Assembly: GCA_964035545.1 (NCBI GenBank)
Contig: OZ037766.1
Coordinates: forward strand, 28,007,673-28,071,672
Direction: 5' to 3'
DNA length: 64,000 bases
Source: Bugula neritina
Lineage: Eukaryota; Animalia; Bryozoa
Below are positions 49,439 through 64,000 of the stretch, piece after piece (position 1 is the first letter of the stretch; each line of letters starts with the position of its first letter). The notes beneath the pieces were generated by a model. It was not told the origin of the DNA, made no database searches, and saw only the letters and a program-made list of their open reading frames with translations. Position numbers and translations under genes: made by a program.

Positions 49439-50618
49439 CAACTTTTGCTATAACAGTAAATTTTATCTGTTTTCTTATTAATACAAAAGTTTCAACAAAA
49501 ATTGGAAAAAAAAATTCAGCTTATCAATTATTGCAGATTGGGTAAAAGTAAACTGGCCCAAAGCCTTGATTAACAAATCTGTACATATATAATCAATAAA
49601 TTATATAAATAGCTTTTCTCAGTTAACATAAATTAATTATATATGCATGCATGAGAATGATTTTTCATTTTATATTTATAATAAATATTATTTATTTCAA
49701 GGACATTTTTTCCAAGTAAAAATTTGCAACTAAATAAAAGCCTAACTAAAAAAAGTTTATTGACATCATTAGTAGATGATGAATTATACTAGCAAACAAC
49801 TTTGAAAATTAGAAAAATTGTGAATAATTACTTACTAGTTCTTTAAAATTCTGCAAAAGTCATGACATATTTCTAGAAGATGTATTTATAACCAATATTA
49901 GAGTAGAACTGTTATTGATGCTAAATAATTTCTTGACTGTCGTTCTATTTCCTCTCAATATATTTATTTTGTTCAAATTTTAGATTATCTAAATATACAC
50001 AAATTTAAAATTTTAGATTGATGTATTAGCAACTGCTATGATATTTTTTAATTTAAAGCTTTTTAAAATGATGCCATTTCTTCTATTTTTTACCAAATCA
50101 CAACTACTTATTGAAATATTTTAATATTATAGTGCTCTAAAAAAAATTTAATAAAACCTAAAATATTTTGAAAAGTAATGGAACTTTTGTAAATCCATTG
50201 GCTTTAGTGATCAAATTATAATACCAAAAAACATAGCAGCTAGTTTGCAGTTTTGTTATTGCAAAAAAGTGCAAAAACGTTTTTTGAGCTGCAGCATCTC
50301 AAATGTATTATAGGGTAAATTAATTTAAATAAGCTACACTTGAACTAATGTTTAATTTTATATGTGTCGATCAAGTTTGTTGTATTTATTAGTTTTTGAT
50401 TTTTCGAGTTTGAGGCAAAATATATTTTTTGTATTGAAATGCTTTAAAACTATTTTTACACTATTAGGCGGCAATGACTTCATTGATATAAATTATATTA
50501 CTGTTAATAAACAAAAATAAACATAATATAGGTTTAGTGGATAACTATTAGAAAAACGTTTGCTTATATTTGTCACATGTTAGTGTATTTTGAAAAAGGT
50601 GGAAAGTTTGCTGTTATG

Positions 50619-53600
50619 CTAAAACTTGTCTGATAACAAACTTGGGGTGTCTGGAACTTTGGACTCATCAATACTAGAATAGTAGTATAGCGGGTAATGT
50701 TGAAGCTCCTGACTGTCGTAGTACGACATTTCGTCTCCTGCCATAAAGGCATCATCATCATAATCCTCGTAATCAAATGCTGAGTTACTTCTCTTTTTAT
50801 ATTTTCTGTACATGAACCTGGAAAATATAGCACTCATTTATTGCTTTGAATCATCTTTAAAATAGGTGAAAGTGATGGAAATCTTATTAAAAGCGTGTAA
50901 TAGCGGCTTATGATAAATATAATATTCCGTAAACATAAAAAAACTCATGCATTTCATGTTTAAATTTAAAGACAACACAAATCGTATAATGGAAAGACAG
51001 CTGCTATATACTTATTATTGCTAGCTATTGACATAATGATAAATTATTCTTTGCTAAGATTATCAATATATTATTTTAGTTTGAAATTTATATTAGTTTG
51101 CATATTGATTGTTTGTTCTAAGCAATATGTGATTTGCATTATGAGTAAGCATTTTTGATCAAAATGAAATCCTACTATAATTGCACATAAAAACAGATGC
51201 ACAGTTTATTGTATTACTAAAAGAGTAACTTGAAAGATTATGCAGGTATTTATTAAATGTTTTTCATTACCAATATCCATTAGACAGCATCAAAACTAGG
51301 AGTAGTAGTAGCATGACAACTAGTAGCTCTTCTGTGGTGATTGAGGTAGGTTTGGTTATTGGATCAACTTAAACACACAGGTAAGTTTAAACATATAAGT
51401 TTAAAATTGAAATGATATGTCAAGTACACACATATATATACATACTTCTTTACTTTTCACACACAACCATGGTTATGTGTGAAAAGTAAAAAAGTATATA
51501 GTATTCTATTTTGTATAAACTATAAATTCATTTTACCTTTTTTGATAGTATTCTCCTGGTTTTTGTTGAACTGAAATGTTCTTAAAACCCTAAGTTGCGC
51601 TGAAGATATTTTACTGACATTAGAATATGTCCAGATTATGAAGATGTACGCTGTATCACTCTTAAGATTATCAAATATAATACTATTAGTACTATTGTCC
51701 GCTACCTGTCAACATATAATAAATTCCAGAGTAAAAATGCTATGGCTATGTTTTAAATTATTAAAAAGCTGTATTTGTAGTTGATAAGCACCTATAGTTA
51801 AACAAAGATAAGACTTACAGCTGTTGCAACAGGTCTTTCGAGAGTGTAGTTCCATATATTTATGTGTAGCCATTCAAAGTGGTTTTGTTGTGTTGAAAAA
51901 TTAATCCAGTCGATTACAACCAGGTTTTCACTCACATTTCGAATAATTACTAATTTAGGATGCAGAGGAGCTAGAAAAATAAAATAATAGTTATATAAAA
52001 CAAATTCTAACAACCTGCCATGTTGTTATATCTCTATAGTAATGTCAATGTTTAGACTTTTATCTTGCAGGACTCATGCTGAAAATTTTTCACAATATCA
52101 GTTACCAAATGAATGCATTGTATTTTGTGTTCATTAAGAATACATATATATTTAATTCTGCAATATACTTTTGCTATCGCAAAAGAAATTCACAGAAACT
52201 ATCTCATAGAAAAAAATTATAATATATAGTAAGTGATAATTATTTCACTATTGTTCATTTTGATATACTTCAAACAGATAGTGTCCATGCAGCAGTATAT
52301 AACGGATTATTAGTTTTTTCATAGAACAAAAATGATAAAAAGATTAATTTTTTTGCACCGTTAATTATAATAATCTTATTTGTATGTTTTCTAAAAATTC
52401 AATGAAACCAAGCGTTGGCTTTAAAACAAGGCAAAATTTATAAAATGCGCAGAAGAAATTAAAAATATAACAATAATTAGTTCTTACCAAGTTTTATATA
52501 ATCAAAGGTTTTAGTGCTGCTTGTTAAATTAGTTGTTTCATACATCGTTACTGCGCGTAGAAAGACTTGATAACTCCTACCAAAGACAATGTTATATATC
52601 TACAAAGAGATTTGTACACGTACGACTACGTAAGGAAGTTATCGGCTTATATCCTACTTCAAAGCTATCTAAAAAAAACTTTTGCACTAAATGATTCATA
52701 ATTTTCAAAGCAATGCAGTGCCTAAAAAATGCCATAAGTTTATACTGCATAAAAAAACAATGATTTAGAAATCTGAAGTTTTCTAGAGCTAGTATCATTA
52801 ACAATTTTAGACTCAGAATAACAAAATCTTTTTGTACAAACCTTCCAAATTATATACATGTGTTCAAAGCTCAGATTTTAGGCAGCAAGCAAAGCCAGAA
52901 TAATATTTTTGTTACCAACTCGTTACAAACACTGCACACACGTGGACACACACACGCACAGACACACACGCACACACGCACACACACACGCACGCACACC
53001 CACACGCACACGGACACGAACACAAACACGTGCCTATACACGCGCATTCACTCGCATACACGCATACACACATATTACGTCATTATATTTATATACCTTC
53101 AATGAAGTTTCTGTACTTAGTACTTTATATTGGTAATTGCGATCGATCTCATTATCAATTAGTTCCACATTTACAAAATTGTAAAAACTCTTCTCTGGGC
53201 TGACAAATGTAAGCTCCACATAAGGTTTTCCACTGAACATTGAAGAATGGGAGAAGTCAGGTACCAATGGTTCTGTGTAAATAATAAATAAACAATAATA
53301 AATACTGTAGGCTACTATTATTGCAACACTTAGATGTTGAAAATGGGTAGATTAGAAATATTTTCAGTGCTCAAGTTCAAGTATACAGTTGAGCAGAAAT
53401 ATTATTCAAATATTTTAGACCCTCATCTCAGGCTAACAGTTATTTTATGATCTAATTAGGCACCTACATATATATGCTGTATAAGCTTCAAATAACTTAA
53501 AACAATTATAAATTATACATGAATCCATCTATTTACTTGGCATTCAAATTTTCTACTGTAAGTTGAGTTAGTGATTTACAGAGCACAGTCATAAAACTTT

Positions 53601-55144
53601 GTGGCTATGATATAACATTTCAATGACTTGCCAATTGTTTTAAATATATATCTAGAATTTTATTATTGAGAATTACTGATTTATTAGTAATATAATAAGT
53701 TGAATAAATTTTATCAGAAAGTTGCATTTTTTCTTGGTAATTTGAAAATAGTTTTGTGGAAAATTAGTTCAGAGAAGCTCACCTAAGGAGACATATTGCT
53801 TCTTCTCTTTTCTCACTGTCAATCCCACTGGTTCGTATAGTGCAAAGGAGCATAAGTATTTTCTTCCAGCTTCTAATGACCCAAATGAATTCTAAAGTTA
53901 TGGTTTACAACATTTAATGTCAATGAATGTTGCTATCAATGTACCCTGACCACTGTGAACAGGAAAACTTTTATAGTATAGTCAACAGAAATATAACTAC
54001 AACAAAACAACATTACCATATTAAAGCATGCATTCGTAACTAGACTCAATAGAGTTTAGCTGTTGCAGATTTTAACAAAACCCTTTTTCTAAAATTATCA
54101 ATTCATACAACTCCATTTGAGTTTTTGCTTATTTTGGAGTCAACAAACCACTGAATATTTCACAGAACTAATGACATTGGTCTAAATGCTTGCATCATAA
54201 CCAATCATCAATTAATATCTGCATGTAATCATATGCCAAAGAATACATTTGCGTGTTCGATAAAGTACGTAACGTGTACTATTCATTAAAACTGTTGATA
54301 ACTGAAGGAGTCCAACGCTCACAATTGAAAATTTAAAATTTTGAACTTAATAGAATGCTACTAATAGTATTTTGAATATATAAACAAAACATGGCATATA
54401 ATCTTTCTATATACTGTTTGTATGCATAAACTTGTAACATATTGTAGATGCAAACTGAAAAAGTTAGATACTAAGTAAAAGTAGCTGGCATATAATGCAT
54501 GCGCTAAAAATAAATCAATAAATAAATAATTAATAGCAAAATATTTGACAATTCTTTTTATCGGCCAACTTCAAAAACACCTGTATTTTAAATCTCGACC
54601 AAACAATAACGGCATATAAACAGACCATATCATATAGTGTGACCAACTTTTGAATTTAAAGTTTTACTTAGGAAAATTGAGTTTTATAGAAATAATGGTC
54701 AGCGTTATAAAAATAATAACTATGATATATAGAACATAAATTTACAATTTAAATTAAGCTATTTTTAGAATGATATGTTGTCAAGCTCTGCATCAGGTAC
54801 AGTTAGGATGTCAGAAGCATGTAAATATTTACCGTGATGGCCATCCTTTGGTTAGCCCGTTCCATGAATACTGGCGGTGATATTTGATTAGTGCTAGCAT
54901 TACGATAAAGTCTTCCAAGTGATGGCTCTTCACATGTGAAATAATAAAAAGGCCCATTTTCCATAACAAATAAGGGAACAACTCCTGTTACATCTATTCT
55001 GTGATTGCCAACTTTCCTAACCTCTAAGGATATATCCAATCTTTAAAAAAATAGACAAAACAGTTATTAAAAATAGTTTTACTACCTTTTAATAATATTA
55101 TAGCGGATATATATATATATATATATAAATATATATATATACCT

Positions 55145-55178
<34 letters not shown>

Positions 55179-55612
55179 AAATCCAGCAATGCATTTTGCT
55201 ACAAAAGCTTCTCTGTAGGAGGTTTTTTCCAAAGAGAAAAATAGTTACACATATTTAAGATTCGGTTTTTAGAGCTTTACATATGAAAGTTATATATTAC
55301 AATGTAATATTACTATAAGAAGTTTATTTACCTTTAATTTCCTCTATCTGCAGTAAACTAGAAACGGAGTTAAAATGATTTATTTTTAATTTTATGTAAT
55401 ATCTAAGTTTTTTACTGTGATGAACATACAATGCCTATATAATAATACATTCATATACTTATTTGTTGCAATTTTTACAACATTACTAATTTTTGTGCAT
55501 AATTGGTATATTGACATCGATATTATACATATAATATACATGCCACTTACTTGTTTTCCTGAGTTGAAGAAAAATGCATTTGGAAAATTATGCTTAAAAT
55601 AAGAAAAATCAT
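50619..55612 (-). CDS. FN3 receptor C: signal peptide, 3 FN3, TM, acidic Tyr-rich tail; no lectin-like module. Exons 55612-55551, 55040-54833, 53891-53783, 53272-53096, 52599-52488, 51970-51819, 51705-51537, 51367-51270, 50817-50619
   Basis: Signal MIFLILSIIFQMHFSSTQE. Same intron phases as A and B. Motifs SLEAGRKYLC, PLVP..KPYVEL, IYNIVFGRSYQVFLRAVT, PLHP..IDW, NLKSDTAYIFIIWTYS. TM LLVVMLLLLLVLML. Tail DYEDYDDD..SYYDSQELQHYPLYYYSSI. Confidence 0.88.
51442..51497. repeat. Near-perfect ~56-bp palindrome in a receptor C intron
   Basis: atacttctttacttttcacacacaacca / tggttatgtgtgaaaagtaaaaaagtat are reverse complements with 2 mismatches. Confidence 0.8.
52936..53072. repeat. Degenerate (CA)/(CACG) microsatellite
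   Basis: Directly visible. Confidence 0.9.
55107..55178. repeat. Interrupted (TA)n microsatellite
   Basis: Directly visible. Confidence 0.95.
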
Positions 55613-57167
55613 TTTATAATTTAGTAAATTGTTTAGAAAAAGACAAATGGTCAGCTATTAAAATAAGTGTTTGATGTGCTATTCTTTTTTGAATTGTTGA
55701 ATATTTATAATTCTTAAGCTTATAGTTCATTAAGATACTATTATTATATCATAGATTTTTTATTTTAATTATAATCTCAATGGTGCTTCTGTTTAATTTG
55801 AAATTACTCTTCATAACTGATAGTTGTAAATATATATAATTATATATAAATTATATATAGTTTCAAAATTTGCAAAAATTATTCAATTATTTATCTATTA
55901 TTATTCTATTATACAAACAGTAGATAAAAAATAAATGTCTATGTCAATTTTCAGTTTCTATACTAACATATTAGATATTTGTTTGCTTGGTTACAAACAT
56001 ATTTTTGCTTGAATACAAAGCAATCTCAAAATTTTTAGCAATCTCAAAATTTTTTAACAGCTATAACATACAATACTTAAGGCAGAGCTCTCTGCTTGGG
56101 AAATCACATTAGCTTTTTTTAATTGTTTAGTATGAAACCCCAAACTATAAGGTTGGCAGAGCGACTTTTGATAATGAAAGTAGTTTTTTAGGCTAACTAT
56201 TGTCAACTTTAGAAATTATTTTTGTTCAACTATGTGAACTCTTCTGTTGAAAAACTCATCAGTTTTCTATTATGCCTTTGAATTCAAAGACTATTCTATA
56301 CCCAACATAGAAACACACTTCATCATGGGAGATTTTAGCATAAGAACCATGAAAATTTTTGAATAGTTGTCTTTAGTCATTAGAAAAGATGCGAGTAGTA
56401 AGTATTAAATTGAATGAAACTGTCAAAAAATTTTGAATGATGCTTCCATAAAAAGCAAATTTTGTTGACAAATGATTTCTTGTGTTGGATATATTAACCA
56501 ATTTATTACTTTCTTAAAAAAAACATTTGAAATACAGCATGAAGAAAATTACTATACTACTATAGGAAGAAATGCACACTGTATAGTATAAAGCAATTAG
56601 AATTACATTATCATATAATATATAATATATTTCAAATGCTTTAGCATAACGTATAATTGTTTTGTGATAGTTTTAGTTTCTTTTTATGGAGAAAAGTTGA
56701 ACTCTAGTATAATTACAAAACGTAAATGATTGGAATTAAATACAGTGTTACGCAATGTTCTTGCCACAGATATGCTAAGACAAAACCTTATTATATTTCA
56801 AAGCAAAACATATTCACAGCTACAATAAGCAATGCATAAAGCTATATTGTATACAACAGCACAATTATTGCTTTACATCGTTAACTTGTTTATATTTCAA
56901 AATATTGAATTATTCAATATTATTTATTAAATGTTGTACCTGATTCACAAAACAATCTAAATGCAATAAAATAACGCAAATAGTTTTCATCATTAGAATT
57001 TTTTAGGAAAAAAATTGATTGCAACTAATTGAAAAATTTATACACTCATAAAAGTTTTAATGATGTTGATCATCATATGAATTGCTGCATCTTTACAAAA
57101 GCCTTACAACTGGTATAACTTCTTTCATACAAAAGAAATATTTAAAAAAAACAAGCATAACATATAT

Positions 57168-59649
57168 ATGGAAAAAAGTAGAATGGATTGCAAAACACAA
57201 CACCAAGCTATGACAAATGGATGCAACCTTTTTCCATACTATACTTCTCGGCCAGTATCATCCTTTACGGTTCAAGTAATTTATATTTATAAAAATATTG
57301 CTTATTGACACATCAGCATAATTTATTTCATTGATTTATTATTATGCATTTACATCTTATTTGCTCTTTCTCCAGGGTTACCAAGTTTCAGAAGCCATCG
57401 TCCCGGAAACTGGTCAGTTCTCATTTGAGAAAATAAATAGTATGGTAGCAGCAAGAATTATTGCTGGCGCAGTTTCTAATTTGGATTTAGTAAAGTGTCT
57501 CGACTACGATGACATACTCTCAAACAACGCTAATTGCATGTGGATGTGGCGACAAACATGGCTAGAAGGTAAAGTGATTTGAAAAAAAATTTAGGCAAAG
57601 TTTAGATATAACTGCTGTTTTTACTCGTAATTTTATAAATATTTTTAATTTATTTTTAAATGATGGTACTGCAATTAGTGTGACAGTCATTTATCTCATA
57701 AAGTCATTATGAGCGCACAGTAAAAATTTAAAAGATGTATTCTACATTACTCAAATTTAAATAAAGAAGTTCAATGCTTCAATAATTCTTGTTGCATTGC
57801 ATGCACAACGGTGTTGCCGTAGATTATGGTAAACTCTTAATATATTTAAAAATAGCCACATTTTGTGAAATATCATAATATTCTTAAAAAATCTTTAAAA
57901 AAAATTGCGCAGTTTTATTATTTGAAATGACATTGTAATTTTAAAAGCAATTTGAATTTTTAGCAACTAAAACAAATCATTTTTATTACTGTTTTAGTTA
58001 TATTTGCTATAAGATTTTGTGGCTTAGCTTTTAAAAAATTTTTCAATGCTGCATAATATAGTACAGGTTATTTCAATTTTATATTCTCATTTTAGTTGTT
58101 CAACTTGAGCGCCGTTTTTATAATAAAATAGTGTTTCAAAAAATAATTCAGGAAATGGAATTGTACCGGAAGGGAAGGCAGCGATTCTGGATGACTGTAT
58201 ACAGTGAGTTAGAAACTCTGCTTATTCATTTTTAGTCTGAAGTTTATATTAATATTAAAGTTCAAAAGTTTCAGTCATTAAAATTTGTGCAACAAGATTT
58301 ATAGAAATAGCACAATTTGAAAGTAAAACAAAGTTATTTTGTTTGTGTCAGTAATTAATAAAAATACAACAAGTCTCTCAAAAGCTATCGAAGATAATCA
58401 TTAAAATATTTACAAAAATATGAGCCATTGGTACAAGTTCAATCTGCAGTATAACTGAAAACATCTAATCATTTAAACTGTTGTAATAATTATATTATTT
58501 TAGCTTGGAGCTTATTTTTTTTATTTTTTGTACACTACTAGCTCTATCCACAGCATTAATTTGATGACACTATACTTAAAAATCTCTTTCAAAGCAATTT
58601 GTGCAAAGTTTTTTATGTTTTAACAAAGCAAATAGTCTGCAGATATATCGTATTGTTTAAATTTATTTCCAATAATGGTCTAAAATATTTCAAAAAATAT
58701 TTCAAAGGGAAAATATTGATTTTCAATTGCAGAGGTACATGACTTCTTTGTTTTGCCGGAGATAAGTCAACTAAAATGGAAGTCAATGATCAGAATCTTT
58801 CAAATAATCAAGTTGTTTGCGCTAGAAATAAGAAAATATAATTGCTCACAGGAACAAAAGATGGAGATGTATCGTCAACTTACAGAATCTGTGTTTGATT
58901 TCTGCATACTGCATCCTGAAATCAAAGCTTGCAATGGCTCTTGGGTGAAAATTTTATTTTATCTCTGATTTTTAAGTATCATGTTCACATGCATTTCCTT
59001 GAGAAATTGAATTATCTAACAGGCTTTAATTGATGAATATATTACTTGTTACCTCTTTAAACCTAATAATAAATGCAGCAGTTATTTGGGACAAATTTTA
59101 CCTTCATCTTAAGAAACTATTGATTAAATTGCAAAAAATTTAAACCGATCTTTTGTAATCAACTAAGAATAATATAAGAGTTTAATGTGTGGTAGAATTC
59201 TAGGAAAAGATTGGTAACAAAAAAATTCCATAACATAACTTTCTTGCAATGCATTATTTAATTTTTAAAATCAACATATGCAATTTTGGTTGTCAATAAA
59301 CTTTTCATTTTCACTTTTAAAATTCTGGTGCGGTCAAAATGATATTAATAACAAATATTGCATTTTTAGCATACTGTAACTTGGGTGCACAATTACTTCA
59401 CAATCTGATTACTCTCAAAATCAAAATATCAGTTTTTTTCTGTTCTGCATTTACCAAAAATTTAATGTATATTATTTTATTTTGACTTCTCTCTACTTCT
59501 TTTAAAATTATAATGATTTACATTGTAATATTATATATATATCATAATATTTTAGTACATGTTATATAGGCTATATCATTACTTATATTTTATATTGCGT
59601 TTGCTTTTAGTACGCCTACATGAGAGCAATTAGATCTCTATCTTCATGA
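57168..59649 (+). CDS. Divergent Bcl-2-family-like protein B, short N-terminus, no C-terminal TM. Exons 57168-57275, 57376-57568, 58096-58203, 58733-58944, 59611-59649
   Basis: Phase-consistent exons (0,1,1,0) matching paralog A. BH1-like VHDFFVLPEISQLKWKSMIRIFQI. BH2-like EIKACNGSW|YAYMRA with a phase-0 intron after the Trp. Confidence 0.68.
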
Positions 59650-60891
59650 ATTAATGTCAACTCTGTACTCTTGTAAAAAACTTACTCAACAAACTTTACA
59701 TTCCTCTTGCTGGTTGAACCATTACAATATAGCTCTCAATTAATAGTTTGTTTAATGATTTTTGAGATAATATAAAATTTTCTTACATATAATTTATTTT
59801 ACAAATAGTCTTGTTTTTGAATTTTTTAGCATGTATTTTTTAAAAATTGTATAATTATACTTATAAAAGTAATAATAAACGAAGATATGTATTTGAACCA
59901 AATAAATAACAAAGAAAAAGTTGGAGGCAAAAAAGTATTTTGCCATTATATATGACTCTCAACATTTTAATAGTCATTAATTTAGTAAAAAAATATTGTA
60001 TAAGCAACTAAATGAGACTTTACTGGGGCATATATAAGATATGTATAATTTTTAATAAAATAATAATATAAATTTTATCAGTAGGCGTCAGCAATGTATC
60101 TTTTTTCTGCTTTTTCAAAGTTTAGAAACATTTTTAAAGTGTGATTTGAAATTTCATAAATGCATTACAATAAAATAAAAACATTGATAAAGAAGCAAGA
60201 GAGCTTGTTTTGCATAATATAATAAATATTAGAAGAAATAGCTGTTACATGTTGCAATAATATTATAATTGTTAATTACTAAATTGCAGGTATAGAGGCA
60301 CCTACATTCTATCTTTAGGCACTGCTACTCTTTCATTTAATTTATGCAATTGATAATTCTCATAGTATGTGCAGTTATATAGTTTTTGGCAGAACTTTTC
60401 ATGCTTTTAGTTTAAGTTTAGCTCTACATCCTCTGCCATTACTGCATTGATTTTTATATTTGTTAGCTAGTGACAAAAAACTTTATAATATTATTATTAT
60501 TGTAAATATTTGTTTTAGCTTAGTTATTTTCTCTCGGTTTTTTGTAGCTAAATTTCAAACTGCCAACTGTATGAATCATTTTTCAACAACGTATATGTAG
60601 TTGAATGATATTGAAATATTGATATGAAATAATTTATTCATGTTTTGAAAATAATTGAAAAAATAAAATTAAACCTGTCAATGCATTCACTATGTTATAA
60701 AATAATTACTATGTATATTCACCATAATACTATATTTATATTATCTCTATATATACATATATATGTATAACTCAAGCAACAATAATTATATTCTATTTTA
60801 ATTTCCTTTGTTTTGAAAAAAACTATTGTATCAAAGCAAAATGTATTGTTATATGAAAGCAGTTGGCCTTCAAATCAATTTGCATCTCTAA

Positions 60892-61637
60892 CACAGGATA
60901 GTTAAGGGCAACCTTTTAGCTGCAACTGCCTTGCTGAGGTTTGCATTGTAATCATATAAGAATTCAGTACCAGTAAAATAAAATCTCACCTAATTGTGCT
61001 AGAGTCAAAATTTAAAAACTATGTTGTAGATCTTCTTTTTCTCCAGTGTAAGTTTTTTGGAAATTTCAATTTTCATTTTTTTTGCGAAGTTATAGACAAA
61101 AAACTGCCGAGTTTTGGCCAATTTTGCCTGAAAAGCTGACTTTTCAGTACCAGTAAAATATCTCAGCAGCAAAGCATGATATCTGAATAAAAATTGCACT
61201 GCTGGAATCCTGAGATATTTCTCCAGTGTAAGTTTTTTTCTTTTTTCAATAACTCTGCTAGATTGCTCATAAATTGGTGATTTATACACTGTAAATGCCA
61301 TATTTTCTCAGCAGCGCGCAGCACTTCACGCTTCACTGAGCACGTAGAGATGAGAAGATATTAGCGCCTACATAATAATTACAGGCTAGCTAGCTGGCAG
61401 GCTATAATGAATAGCTTGCTTTGTACTTTGTTTATGTAGCAGCAATAATGGAATGTTGATAGATAACGCAGCCCTAACGAAGGTTGCTGCTTATTGGTTG
61501 TAGTTTAATCTTAGGCTAAACAATTACAAGTAGGCAACACGCATGCCACCCGCAGAGCAATATTATTCAAGAACCCGAACTACATTTTGAGAGAAATTTA
61601 TGATATTCTTAGTGAGGATGCCCTTAACTATCCTGTG
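60892..61637 (-). mobile_element. Second copy of the CAC...GTG MITE, inverted relative to 48609-49364
   Basis: Same 19-bp TIRs, 2-bp TSD AA (60890-60891 and 61638-61639), near-identical interior. Confidence 0.95.
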
Positions 61638-61932
61638 AATGTCATGGACGCTTGTTAAAATAAAATGTCAAAACACAATTATACAAATTTAGGAGTGTAA
61701 TTAAAAGTATTTTGTTAAAAAATAATAAAAAATTTAGTGTATTGTTTTTTAAATTTTTTTTTACTATTTTTAGTCTTTGTTGCGCTTCTCAGTATGGAAA
61801 GTTGTCTGCAACAAAACACTGAGATGCTAATTTGTCTTGATGTGTAAAGGCTAGGATATATAAATCTAAAACAATAGCTATGGTAAACATTTAACTCAGA
61901 GCACAACTTAAGATCACTAGAAAAACTAAAAA

Positions 61933-63429
<1,497 letters not shown>

Positions 63430-64000
63430 CTAACAAATAATTAAACTATGATTATTGGTAGTGTAAATTATTTAGAATATAATGTATTGCATGCTGCCTA
63501 TCTGCAGAGCAGAAGTGTTGAGTGAAGAGTAATAGAAATTTTCTAATTAATAAACCCGTGGGCAAGTTGCATCACTGTAGACGCTATACCAAAATAATTA
63601 TATGTTTATAGCAGCATATAATATACAGATGTATTATGATATCTGCTCCTACAACCTTTATTATTAAAACATACTTTTAATCAGTTTTTTTGGTAAAGTC
63701 TCACTAGAGATAAAAACGAAACTGTTTTTGTTTCCAGATTTGCAGAAAATATGTTTTTGGCCACATTTAAGATATTTTCTGAATTATTTGTATTGTTCTA
63801 TTTTGAAGTACCTTGATTTCTATATTATATTATTCCATTTTCCAGTTCCTCCACTATCACCACCATTATATTCATATATTAATAAAAATGCCTTAAATGA
63901 GAGATAATGATGTGCAATAACAAGTTTCGGACAGAACAATTATTCAACACCAACTCTTTTGTACAATGCTATTGCAAATACAACTTAAACAAAACATATA

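Noticed and set aside
54000-54700. Possible remnant exons of the lost lectin module in receptor C
   Set aside because: All frames tried contain stops and show no similarity to A/B exons 4-7; this is also the wrong intron for that module.

Overview
AT-rich eukaryotic (invertebrate metazoan-like) genomic DNA with multi-exon genes, so the ORF track catches only exon fragments. I rebuilt gene models by hand from GT/GC-AG boundaries and reading-frame phase. In order: the last exon of a Cys/Pro/Lys-repeat protein (34-447); a 9-exon SLC22-family transporter (2763-10317); a type I membrane protein with three Ig-like domains and a long basic phospho-motif tail (10586-20014); divergent Bcl-2-fold gene A (20747-23863); three paralogous FN3 type I receptors (A 25294-36709 +, B 37752-48671 +, C 55612-50619 -), where A and B carry an F5/8 / F-type-lectin-like domain nested inside an FN3-like domain; divergent Bcl-2-fold gene B (57168-59649); and the 3' end of a sushi-domain type I receptor (63429-61933 -). 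Mobile DNA comprises a near full-length decayed RTE-type LINE with a 13-bp TSD, six copies of a tRNA-derived SINE, two copies of a ~750-bp CAC...GTG MITE with 2-bp TSDs, two intronic hammerhead ribozyme motifs and many microsatellites. One MITE copy has replaced the Tyr-rich tail of receptor B. The main hypothesis is a cluster of rapidly diverging receptors interleaved with non-canonical Bcl-2 genes, a candidate immune/allorecognition locus. That functional reading is inference. Neither the species nor the expression of any gene can be determined from the sequence.
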